DNA from: Eledone cirrhosa
Lineage: Eukaryota
Assembly: GCA_964016885.1 (NCBI GenBank)
Contig: OZ024754.1
Coordinates: forward strand, 38,006,001-38,070,000
Length of the DNA: 64,000 nucleotides
Direction of reading: 5' to 3'
Positions within the stretch are counted from its first letter, which is position 1. Every line of letters starts with the position of its first letter. A model generated the notes under the pieces. The model was not told the DNA's origin. It ran no database searches and saw only the letters and a program-made list of their open reading frames with translations. Positions 43,201 through 56,731 of the stretch are shown piece after piece. The position numbers and the translations under genes are program-made.

Positions 43201-46200
43201 TGAACAACTGTACTGTAACACTCCAACACTTTGTTATTATTATATTTTTAAATCCCACCGAGGTTAACTTTACCTTTCATCCTTACGGGATCGATAAAAT
43301 AAAGTACCAGTAATACACTGATATAATTGCTGGCCTTGTGCCAAAAGTAGAAACAATTATATTTTTAACAATTAATGTCCCATTTTCATTGTTGTGGCCT
43401 TCTAATATAACATTAATTTGTACATATTATATTTATTATACAAGAACGGTGGATTGGCAACATAGAGTTATGGCCCTTTACGTTATGAGTTCAAATCCTG
43501 CCGAGGTTAGCTTTGCCTTTCATCCTTACAGGGTAGATAAGATAAAGTACCAGTAATACACTGAGGTTGATATAATCGATGTTGCCTTTCCAACAAATTA
43601 CTGACCTTGTGCCAAATGTAGAAACTATTATTATTATGGGGATTGGCAGTATCGGTAGAGAGTCGGATGCCATGCTTTGCTGCATAGAGTTACGTCCCTT
43701 TATGATCTGAGTTCAAATCCTGCTGAGGTTAACTTTGCCTTTCATCCTTACGGGGTCAATAAAATAAAGTACCAGTAATGCACTGAGTAATTGCTGGCCT
43801 TGTGCCAAAAATAGAAACAATTATTATTATTATTATTCAGTAATACACTGGGTAATTGCTGGCCTTGTGCCAAAAATAGAAACAATTATTATTATTATTA
43901 TTCAGTAATACACTGGGTAATTGCTGGCCTTGTGCCAAAAATAGAAACAATTATTATTACTTTGTGTTAGGTCGTATTTCTGTATGGGACTTACCTGGGC
44001 ATAGAATGAAAGCATTCGGAGATGACGTATTGATGAAAAGAAGAGGAATGGCAGAATAATTTCAATCACATATGTAACAACAACGCCTAATCGGAGCAAC
44101 CAGTTTGGCAAATGGTGCATAAACCAGGCCAGTTGAGTTGGTATACACTGGAGAGAGAATAAAAAGAGAATTTTGTGAAAAAAAGAAATTATAAATATAA
44201 TAAAATAAAGATCTCTTTGGCACAAGGCTACACAGATCTATCATCATCATCATTTAACTCTTAATGTCCGGACTACATGAAATCATATTAAGAAGACATT
44301 CTTGACAAGCACAAAACAGCACTATGACTGCATCACATTAAAAATGAAAGCTTTTAATATTGCAAATTTTCACAATGATCTGTTTACTATTAACAATACT
44401 AAAAATATTTGTATTAAACATTTTTTCAGATATTTTCTACTAAATCATTACAGAATGTTAAGAATTAACCTCAGTTTTCCCTGCTAGCAAGGGTTGGATG
44501 GGTCATCACAAGCCAAATCGGTGCTACTGACCTCTCACTATTGGTAGAGCGTCAAACAACATGCTCTATGGCATAGAGTTACGTTAATTGTATTTGTCAT
44601 ATCTGTTTATATTTGTGTTTATCAACAATATTATATTTGGAATGTTATTCTGAAAGAACTGTGAGCAATCTGTAATGTTATTTATATATATAAATCATCA
44701 TCATCATCATCATCTTCGTTTAACGTCCATCTTCCACGCTAGCATGGGTTAGATGGGAGTTGTCCCACTTGAGGCAAGGTTGGTCGGGTGACCGTGTCTC
44801 GCTCATATAGGACTATCTGGCAGGTTTTCTACGGCTGGATGCCCTTCCTAACACCAACCACATTTACAGTGTGGAACTGAAAATATATATTACTTAATAA
44901 AAACATCCTAAGTTCTGAGTTCAAATCCCGCTGAGGTTAACTTTGCCTTTCATCCTTACGGGGTCGATAAAATAAAGTACCAGTCATACACTGGCGGCGA
45001 TTTAATTGATAACCCCTCCTCCCCCACCAAAACCAATTGCTGGCCTTGTGCCTAAATCAGAAACCAATGTGGTACAGGAGATTAAGGGTTAAATATGCAG
45101 TTTTCTTTTTACAGAATTTCATTCACAACTGTTAAGTTAACAGATAATGCTAGATGATAATGTAGTGAGATTGAACCTCATACGTCAAGCAGTGGATAAC
45201 AACAACAACAACAACAACACATTATCAATAGTTTAAAGTAAGCTATTATTTAGACTTACCTGTGACTCAAAATGATAATTGAGAGCTGTAGAAAAAGAAA
45301 AGAAAATTATTTAAAATACATGGAAACAAATAATTATGGAAAATTTACATAATCATATAATCTCTCCCTCTAGCTCTTTCCCTCCTTGTCTCTTTCTCTC
45401 TCACTCTGCCTCATTCCTTCCCTCTCTCTTTGTCTCATTCTTTCTCCCTCTACTTCTGTCTTATTCTCATTCTCTCTCTCTTTCTTTCTTTCTCTCTCTC
45501 TCCTTGTCTCTCTCTCTCTCTGTTTCATTCTTTCTTCTTTCTCTCTCTCTCTGTTTCATTCTCTCTCTCTCTCTCTACAACCACCTAACTAAATACCACA
45601 GGCTTCAAAACGTTGACTCGGGGATAAACAACAATGACAACAACAACTACAACAAAAAGTAACCATATGAAAAAAAATGAGAGAATAAATACCTGTTAAT
45701 CCCCACCAGGTTGGGCACATACTGGTCAGCTTGACTATGCCGGAAGCAAACATCAAACGAAAGAGCAGCCATTTGATAAGAAACAGTGTGATGTTGTCAT
45801 GATGGTGGTATGGAGCAGTTTTCCAGAAAAATATGTACATATTTAGTGGTGCTACCAAAATGGTAAGAAAACCTGCCTCTAAAAGAAGAATGTCCCTGGA
45901 ATAGACAATATATATATATATATATACGATATTAACAAATGGAAACTATATTTAAAAAACCATATCTATTTTATTATACATATTTCAAGGACACCATGTT
46001 AAATTATGGTATGCTTTCATCAGACAAAATACAATATATATCGGTTTTATAAATAAATATTGACATACCCTTACAAAATGCAACCATTACTGTTGGAAGA
46101 CTCCGGGATAGTGGAGTTGTTTACTTATATTAGTATTGGATATTTTTATTTAAAAAAAAAAAATAAGTCGTTGTTACAGAGAAGGAAAAAGACGGAGAGA

Positions 46201-46663
46201 GAGAAAAAAGATGGATATATATATATATATATATAATATATAAGAACAAAAGATGGTTAAAAGAGTTCCATGTATTTTATTATGCGCATTTCAAAAACAA
46301 ATATCATCATGCAATAATATTTGTGTTTTCATCAGATAAAACAGGAAGACAGGATATGAAGATTAAAAAACACTTGTGGATAGTGCAGTTTTAAATCAAC
46401 ATATGATATGTTGATTTAAAACTGCACTATCCACAAGTGTTTTTTAACCTTCATATCATGTCTTCCTGTTTTATCTGATGAAAACACATATTATTGCATG
46501 ATGATATTTGTTTTTGAAATGCGCATAATAAAATACATGGAACTCCTTTAACCATCTTTTGTTCTTATATATTATGTATACTCCAGTCCTACAAACTGTA
46601 GAGTGCTTCTTATCCGATATCTGCATTGCTTTATTGTACTACAATAAAACTCACCTCCTACAT

Positions 46664-46695
<32 letters not shown>

Positions 46696-48052
46696 CATAT
46701 ATATTCGTGGTAAAGGCTTTATCCTACATAATTATCTCACACAATATCGAATCTATGAGATTTTGATGTTATTTATTTTGAGAACAATACCTTAACATAA
46801 GTATGAGTGGCCAGTGACTACTGGTTTGGTTGGACAGAAAGAGGTTAGAAACTTCTGGCCGGATATGGTCGGTTTAAATGCTAAAGGGTTAAAGTTGAAA
46901 ATAATAAGAAGCCATGATACTTACCACTGAAAGTGAAAAAACGTTTGGCCAACCTGGAAAATAAAAAGAATGAAAACCAAATTAGCAATTAATTGTTTCT
47001 ACTTTAGGCACAAGGCCAGCAATTACCCAGTTCATTACTGGTACTTTATGTTATCGACCCCGTAAGGATGAAAGGCAAAGTCAACCTCAGCGGGATTTGA
47101 ACTCAGATCGTAAAGGGACGTAACTGTGCTGGAAAGCATGGCGTCCGACCTTCTACCGATACTGCCAATCCACCGCCTATTAGCAATTAATGAAACCCAG
47201 TGCTAGGTGAAAACAGGCACTAAATGACTTTGATATAAGAATTAGCCAAGATACATATAAAAATGCCACTGCTACATAATTGGAGTCATCCCTTAATTAA
47301 TTAAAGTTTTGTAGCTGTTTTTACAACCTAACATTAACATCTACATACAAACACACATATATATATACATATATACATATATGCTTGAAGAAAAAGAAAC
47401 CTAAAACTGATACTATGTGTATGTGTGTGTGTGTGTGTGTATGTATATATATATATAAATACATATATACAACAGGAGGAAATATAATAGTATCACTGAT
47501 GATGTCACAGGTGTGTGATGAAAGAGCTTTGATAGACTCATCATCATCATCATTTTACGTCCACTTTTCCATGCTTGCAAGGGTGGGACGGGAACTTATT
47601 CTGGCTTGATTTCTACAGCTGGATGCCCTTCCTAACCCCAACCTCATTTACAGTGAGTGCTGGGTGCTTTTTTTTCTGTGGCGCCTACACTTCCACTTTA
47701 CAGTGTGGGCTGGGTGCTTTTTTGCCGTGGCACCTCCACGACCACTTTGCAGTAGAATGATAGGGACCCCAGTCCTATCATCTCATTTCTACAGCTGAGT
47801 AAACTGGAGCAATGTGAAATAAAGTGTCTTGTTCAAGGAAACAACACATCACTCGGTCTGAGAATTGAACTCACAACCTTTCGATTGCAAGCCCAATGCT
47901 CTAACCACCAAGCCATGTGCCTCCATTATAAACATTGATTGCCAGCTAAATTAGCTATATGGATATAAAATATACAGAAACGAAAACCAATCCAAACCAA
48001 ACAGAGAGTGTGTTTTATTATTATTTCTGGCAATACGACCCTCCCCAAATAT

Positions 48053-48117
<65 letters not shown>

Positions 48118-51100
48118 TGTGAACTTTTCATCCTTTTGAATATATATATCCTCATCATCATGTCAGCATCGACCAGGTCAGTACTGAAGCAGGGCTACTC
48201 ATCTCCTAAATAGTCCAGGGATCTGTGTCCTGCTTATGTATGGTCTTACATTCTACCAAGTGCACAGGAAAGGTTGTCATGTCTTTGACACAATTAAGGG
48301 TCGGTCCTCGCAACCTTTTGTTTGGCAAGTTTTCTACGACTAGATGCCCTTCCTATGACCAACCACTTTACAGTGTGTACTGGGTTCATTTATTATGTAG
48401 ATCACTACTAACACTATAGAAGCTGTCTTGTCCTTGAGATGTCTGAGGGATTCATAGAGGTATATACATATAAATACAGTATTAGCAGAAAATACATAAA
48501 GAAAGACAGTTACATAAGATCATCATCATTAACGTTTAACGTCCCTGTTCCACGCTTGCATGGGTTTGGACGGGGGTTTTCCCACTTGAGGCAAGAGTGA
48601 TTGTCTTGCTCGCATAGGACTATCTGGCGGGTTTTCTACAGCTGGATGCCCTTCCTAACACCAACCACATTTACAGTGTAGGGCTGGGAGGTTTTTACCG
48701 TGTTGCCTACACGGCCACATTACAGCGTGGACTGTCTGGCGGGTTTTCTACAGCTGGATGCCCTTCCTAACACCAACCACATTTACAGTGTGGGGCTGGG
48801 AGGTTTTTACCGCGTTACCTACACGGCCACATTACAGCGTGGACTGTGTGTTTTTTTGTCGTGACACCTACACAACCTCATTTGTTTCGGCCTGGATGTT
48901 GTGGCACCAACATAACTTTACATTGAAAGGGGCGGTGTGGATGGGGTGTATTTTGTTAGAGATGCCTACTGACTGTAGTAGGTTTTACTTTGAACAAATA
49001 ATTTTACTTCCACCTCCTCAGCCACATTGCTACCATGCAATTTCGTGCATCAAGGTGGTAATGCACTTGTTATACCTTTTTACACAGCGGATTGGAGAAT
49101 CACTCTGTTGGTAAGATGGATGTGTAGCTAAACATTACCAAATTAACAAAGAATACTACTCACCGAGTATAGAGATATGTAGAGCAACCAAAGGAAGCTA
49201 TATTCTACACTGTTCCGGAAAGACTGAAACACCATACACAGGAACGACAAGAGAATACCCAGGAGACACAGCAGATCCATTCCTTGCTCCCGTGTGAACC
49301 CAATAAAGGGCATCAATCGTAGCAGAGTGAACTCCCCTTGGAAGAAATCTGCAACCGAATTCACCTCTACAAAAAAGTAAATGAATGAATGGATGGGTGG
49401 AGAGATAAATAGATATATGGATGGGTGAGTGGATAGGTAGAGAGGTAGACAGACTGATAGATATATGGATGGGTGAGTGGATAAATAGAGAGGTAGACAG
49501 ACTGATAGATATATGGATGGGTGAGTGGATAGATATATTTCTTTATTAGCCACAAGGGCGCACAAGAAAAGGGGACAATACAAAGACACATGCCGGGGAT
49601 TTTACATACAGTCGTGTAAAAAATATAAAAACAAACAATTACAACAATCGAAATCCCAATAGGGGGGAGGCACCATAAATAGGTTGTTTAATACCCCGTA
49701 GATAGAACAACCCACAACTCCAGGAGCGTGTTGTGCAAGTGCTCCTTTCTTCCTTTTGCTCTCTTCCTCAACCTACAGGTTTATATACAGAGAAGGCCCA
49801 AGATAGATAGATTTCTATTTATTGCCACTAGGGCGCAAAAGAAGGGGACAAATACAAGGGGGGAGTTTACACAAAAAGGCGAGTAAAGAAAACAAATAAC
49901 AAATATAAAATTAACAATAAAGTCCTCAATAGGGAGGGGGCGTTTGGGAGGTCGCACACACACCCGAAAAAAGTGTGCAACCCCTTCTCCTCAGGAGCAC
50001 AGAGAGAGGGTGCTCCCTCGTTCCTTCCTCTTTTCCACCTACAGGCTGATGTAAAGAGAAGGCCCATTCACACGGGCCATTCTCGCCACTTTCACCCACC
50101 TTTCATAAAAACGACTAGGAAGATAGAGACAGACTGATAGATAAATGGATGGATAAGACAGACTGGTAAACAGATACACAGACCAACAGATAGATACACA
50201 TATGGCTAAAAAGACAAACATACACATTTATATATAATTGTTTATATCTATACATATATATAAAAGATTGGAACTCCCAACATCCTTTTGAGAAATATGG
50301 ACGTGCCACATCTATGCAATGACACATGCTTAATGCAATCCTGAAAGAGAAAATGCATTTATTCCCAAGATTCTTCTCATCCTTTCCTCAACCAAGCGGC
50401 CATTCAAATTCTCAAGACTTCAGTTCCTTGTTAGAGCCAGTTTTGCTATGACCATAAATAAACCTCAGGGTCAGAGTCTTGAAGTTGTAGCATTGAATAT
50501 GAAAGAATTGGCCTTTACCCATGAGTGGGAACACCTAGGAATCTTCATATACTAAGCACGAATGCTGAAACGAAGAATCTGGTGTTTCTGGGTACCTCAG
50601 CTAGTATTTATCTTAAAGTTTCTATCATAATTTTATGTGAGAAACTGTGAAGTTACATTCCAAACACTAGCTTAACAATGAGAAATTCAGTTACATTACT
50701 AAATCTCTCTAGATTCTAAATTTTCAAATCACATGCAGTATCTTTCAATAGAAATATAGTAAGGAAAGGGTCAACATATTTAATAGAATTAACATAAAAA
50801 CAGAAATCTTAGGGAAAACTCTTAATTGCCATTACTCCCCACTCAAACTGTGATACATACCTCCATCATGCCCCCCCCCCCCCCCCCCCACTCGCATCAC
50901 TGCATCTCTCTGCTTAGCTGAGGACACAACATCACTGTGGAACTGGTGCCATTATAAAATGCACCCAGTCCACTCTGTAACGTGATAGTGCTAATGCTAT
51001 GATAAAATGCACCCAGTCCACTCTGTAAAGTGGTAGTGCTGGAGCCATGATAAAATGCACCCAGTACAGACTGTAAAGTGGTAGTGCTGGTGCCATGATA

Positions 51101-54100
51101 AAATGCACCCAGTACAGACTGTAAAGTGGTAGTGCTGGTGCCATGATAAAATGCACCCAGTACAGACTGTAAAGTGGTAGTGCTGGAGCCATGATAAAAT
51201 GCACCCAGTACAGACTGTAAAGTGGTAGTGCTGGTGCCATGATAAAATGCACCCAGTACAGACTGTAAAGTGGTAGTGCTGGTGCCATGATAAAATGCAC
51301 CCAGTACAGACTGTAAAGTGGTAGTGCTGGTGCCATGATAAAATGCACCCAGTACAGACTGTAAAGTGGTAGTGCTGGTGCCATGATAAAATGCACCCAG
51401 TACAGACTGTAAAGTGGTAGTGCTGGTGCCATGATAAAATGCACCCAGTACAGACTGTAAAGTGGTAGTGCTGGAGCCATGATAAAATGCATCCAATGCA
51501 ACAAAGCTTCTGTATTAGTTAAAATTATCAAAAGATTCTGGTAAGTTACCTTTGAACTTAACAACTCTGGCCGGTAAAATTCCATTGTCTCCCAAGAGGC
51601 CTAGAAGAAAAGAGAAGAAAAAATATTAAGTAATTAGGAAAATTTTAAATATCAAATAAATATATTACACATGAGCTTGGCTGGCCTTGCTTGGGGGTCA
51701 AGCCAGATTTTATGGGTAAAACCAACTGGCAGGAGACTGAGCAAGATGATTGGATAACATTCACGAGCTTGAGGATCCATAAAAACACACTCAGTACACA
51801 CTGTAAGGAGGTTGTTATTAGGAAGGGCATTCAGCCATAGAGAGCATACCAAACATGAAACATATGAGCGAAGCAGGTCACTCTGACCTGCTTTGATATA
51901 CAAGGGTCAGCTGAAAAGTTCATAAGCTGATTATGAAGGATTGATGCTAGAACTATGAAATCTTGCATGCATTAATTTCAACTCCTTGTTTCTTTCCAGG
52001 GACTATGTTGAAAAATAAACCTCATTTGTTCATTCCATGAAAGTATCTTGGTCAGCCTATGAAGGAGTGATGCTAGAGCTGTGAAATATTGCATGCATTA
52101 ATTTCAACTCTTCTTATTAATAACTGCCTTGTTTCTTTCCAAGGATTATGTTGAGAAATAAACCTCATTTGGTCATTCCATGAGAGTATCTTGGTCAGCC
52201 AAATGAACTTTTCAGCCAATCTTCGTAAATAAAAAAAGTGAATAGAATTGTATTTTGTTGTTGACCTGCCTGGTCAACAACATAAATACCATGTGTTGGG
52301 ACCATCAAATCACATGTCATGGTGGTCCCTAAGGAAACTAGATGTAGAGGAATGGTTTCTGAGAGTTCAAGGCCAGCTGTATGATGCATGTGTGCGATTC
52401 ATGATGTTGCGTGGTAGTGAGACATGGGCTGAGAATGCAGAGAAAATGTGTAATATTAACGTGTGAATGACAACACATTGTATCTAAGTTTTTGACCAGG
52501 CAGGCCATCAACAAAATACAACTGAGAGAAGAAAAATACAATTTTGTTCACTTTTTTTTTTTATTTACTAGGGTCAGCTGAAAAGTTCATAGGTTGGCCA
52601 AGATACTCTCATGGAATGACCTAATGAGGGTGATGTTAAAATAGGCAACCGATTATGGGTACTACCCAAGCAGGCCAGCCTCAATGGGTTTCAACTAATA
52701 ACACAAAGAGCTGAAACAAATATTGCAACATAATTTGTCTAACGCTCTACAATGAATCAGACACGTTTGACTGCTACTTTATTTTATCAACTTGGTTGGC
52801 ATTAGGAAGGGTACCCAGTTGTAGAAACCAAACAAAAAACAGAGCCCTTATGAGCAAGACCTAGACACCTGACTTGCCTCATAACGTGACAGCCTATCAT
52901 CGAATTCATGCAAGCATGGAAGACAGACATTTAAACTAGGCATGGGCAAACATTTTCAAGCAGTTGGCCACATAGGATGTGGTTCATTATAAGGTGGGCC
53001 ACATAGGATGTGGCTCATTATAAGGTGGGCCACATAGGATGTAGCTCATTATAAGGTGGGCCACATAGGATGTGGTTCATTATAAGGTGGGCCACATAGG
53101 ATGTAGCTCATTATAAGGTGGGCCACATAGGATGTGGCTCATTATAAGGTGGGCCACATAGGATGTAGCTCATTATAAGGTGGGCCACATAGGATGTGGC
53201 TCATTATAAGGTGGGCCACATAGGATGTAGCTCATTATAAGGTGGGCCACATAGGATGTGGAACATCATAATGTTAGCTACACTAGTAAAAAATTCAAAG
53301 CAATTTTGAAATTAGGCGTACCATTCAAAAAGCCAAAAAGATCACATGCGGCTCGTGGGCCAGATTGCCCATGACTGCATTAACCCTTTAGCAGTTAAAC
53401 CAGCCGTATCTGGCCAGAATTCTCTCACCTCTTTCTATTCAAACTAGCTGTAACCGGCTACTCATATTTATGTTACAGTATTATTCTCAAAATAAATAAT
53501 ACCAAAATCTTGTAGATTCAATATTATGTGAGATAATTATGTGAAATAAAGTGTTTATCGTGAAAATACAATAGTAAATATAGAGTAATGGACATGCTAA
53601 AGGGTTAAACAATGACGACGATGATGATGATGATGAACACCCAAAAACTTTTTGAAGCTGAATGCTGTATGGTATTTTGTGTAATGTTCTGTTTAGGCCA
53701 GCCAGGACTGACTACTACTTTATTTTATCAACAACCCCAAATATATTTCAGGTTGAATACCATAAATCATTTCGTCCGGCAATCTACTGACTTGGTCGCG
53801 CTACTTTATTTTATTGACTCTCCCACCCCAACCCTAAAGTATTAGAAGTCAAAAGTTGTGCCAGCATTTTGTATAATGCTCCAATAACTCTGTTAATTAG
53901 TCAACTATTTAACCTGCCTCAGTAAAGAGTTATACACAGACAGACAGACAGACAAGCAAGCAGACAGGCAAGCAGGTAGGCAGGCAGTCAGACAGACAGA
54001 TAGAGACATCTACTGCAATGCATGTAGAGAGAGTTAAATTGTATGGTTCCACTACATTTTGTGCTGTAAGCCTTGCTGCACCATCTCTTAGTCTATTAAT

Positions 54101-56113
54101 AACTAATTCCTCCACCAAACCTTATCATGCAGCTGTATTTTTATATCAAATAAAGCAAGCAATGTATTTAACTCAATGCAGCTGCTTCAAACCTGAATCT
54201 CTCTCTCTCCCTCCCTCCCTCCCTCACACATATAAATATACACATATGCAGTCTAATGGCTGAAATAAGTAAAACAATAAAATAATATGTTTGTATCGTG
54301 TGTATGTATGTGCATGCATATATCGACAGTTGATTGACTTTCGTCAAATCGGACCGAGGAATCAATGTTTCCATGCATATATATATATATATATATATAT
54401 ATAGATAGATAGATATCATCATCATCATCATCATTTCATTTTACGACCAAGGGTGGGACGGGAACTGATTCTGGCTTGATTTCTACAGCTGGATGCCCTT
54501 CCTAACACTAACCTCATTTACAGTGAGTGCAGGGTGCTTTTTTGCCGTGGCACCTCCACGACCACTTTGCAGTGGAATGATTGGGACCCCAGTCCCTATC
54601 ATCTCATTTCTACAGCTGAGTAAACTGGAGCAATGTGAAATAAAGTGTCTTGCTCAAGGAAACAACACGTCACCCGGTCTGAGAATTGAACTCACAACCT
54701 TTCAATTGCAAGGCCAATGCTCTAACCACTGAGTCATGTGCCTCCATATATATATATAGATATATAGAGATATATATATAGATATATATATAGATATAGA
54801 TAGATAGATATCTATATATATATAGATATATATATATAGATATATATTTATTAAAATACAGATTAAAGTTTAAGCAAAGAATCACTGCTTTCACCCTTAA
54901 CGGGATCTTCTGAAACTAACAAAGTCAATCTATGAACGCACAAGTGAATATTTCAAAAAACGTTGCAACCGGAGAAAGACAGGAAGACGATACTTTGGTT
55001 CGTGGAAACGTTCCCTGGCAAAGAACGGATATATAGATATATATATAGATATATAGATATATATATATATATATATATATAGATAGATTTCTATTTATTG
55101 CCACTAGGGTGCAAAAGAAGGGGACAAATACAAGGGGGGAGTTTACACAAAAAGGCGAGTAAAGAAAACAAATAACAAATATAAAATTAACAATAAAGTC
55201 CTCAATAGGGAGAGGGCGTTTGGGGGGGGTCGCACACACCCCCAAAAAAAGTGTGCCACCCCTTCTCCTTAGGAACACAGAGAGAGGGTGCTCCCTCGTT
55301 CCTTCCTCATATATATAGATAGATAGATATATATAGATATATAGATATATATAGATATATATAGATAGATAGATAGATATATAGATATATATAGATATAT
55401 ATAAATAGATATGTTTCTTTATTAGCCACAGGGGCACAAAAGAAGGGGACAAATACAAAGGGGGAAGTTTACATACAATAAAAACGCGTAAAATAGTGAG
55501 AATCGCATTTCGGCGGGTAGAAATTGGCGACACGCAACTTCTGTATTGTGCAGACAAGCGCTCCATGGATATGAAGATAGCAGAGCTATAAACATATAAG
55601 TTAAAATGGTCATACACGCTGAGATGATAGTTAAGAAGCCATAGCCAACATAGCCAAAAAAGCAAACAAGCTAAACAGGTAAAAAAAAATAAGATATGAT
55701 TGAAATAGTTACCCGAACCCTCGGGGAAGATGGAATACTCCGAAATTTGGGTTTCTGCAACACCTAAATCAATAATACTGTCTGCTTATAAAAAATAAGC
55801 TTTTGGTATAATGATCGAACAAGGAATCACTTTCTCAACAGGCATTTTGCTCTTTGTGCACCAGAAACTCACAGGTTATGAAAGCACATGTGAGGTTCTA
55901 AGGGAAGGAAACCCCTATTTTGGCCAGTGAATTCAGCATGTGTAGTTATTGCAAAAATTTGCAAAAACAGCACAAAACGAATTTAGCTCTCGACCGAGTT
56001 GTTTTTCAAATAAACTTAAGCGATTAATCAGTCAATGGAGTTAACTCAAAAGCCAAAGAAAATTAACTGGTTAATCGCTTGACTTGGGAGATTAATACAA
56101 ATATTATATATAT

Positions 56114-56148
<35 letters not shown>

Positions 56149-56692
56149 GACAAGGTTGTAGGGAATGTTCACCTGTTTGCTCACAATGGCTCACTCAATG
56201 AGATACGGTTTGAACGTGTATCGAGCAAAACTTGTCTCAGAGTGCTAACCAAGTGTATATTCATAATGTGACATTTGCACTTTTACATCTCAACCTATAT
56301 ATGGAGGCACATGGCTTAGTGGTTAGAGCATTGGCCTTGCAATCGAAAGGTTGGGAGTTCAATTCTCAGACCGGGTGATGTGTTGTTTCCTTGAGCAAGA
56401 CACTTTATTTCAAGTTGCTCCAGTTTACTCAGCTGTAGAAATGAGATGATAGGGACCCTAGTCCCTATCATTCCACTGCAAAGTGGTCGTGGAGGTGCCA
56501 CGGCAAAATAGCACCCAGCCCACACTGTAAAGTGGACGTGGAGGTGCCACGGAAAAAAAGCACCCAGCACTCACTGTAACTGAGGTTAGTGTTAGGAAGG
56601 GCATCCAGCTGTAGAAATCAAGCTAGAATCAGTTCCCATCCCACCCTTGCAAGCAGGGAAAAAGTGAACGTAAAATGATGATGATGATAATG

Positions 56693-56731
<39 letters not shown>

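Larger units (their letters stand above)
46233..46575. repeat. Near-perfect palindrome, ~170-bp arms centred on 46405
   Basis: ...gttttaaatcaacatat-g-atatgttgatttaaaac...; a few mismatches and one 2-nt indel. Confidence 0.95.
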
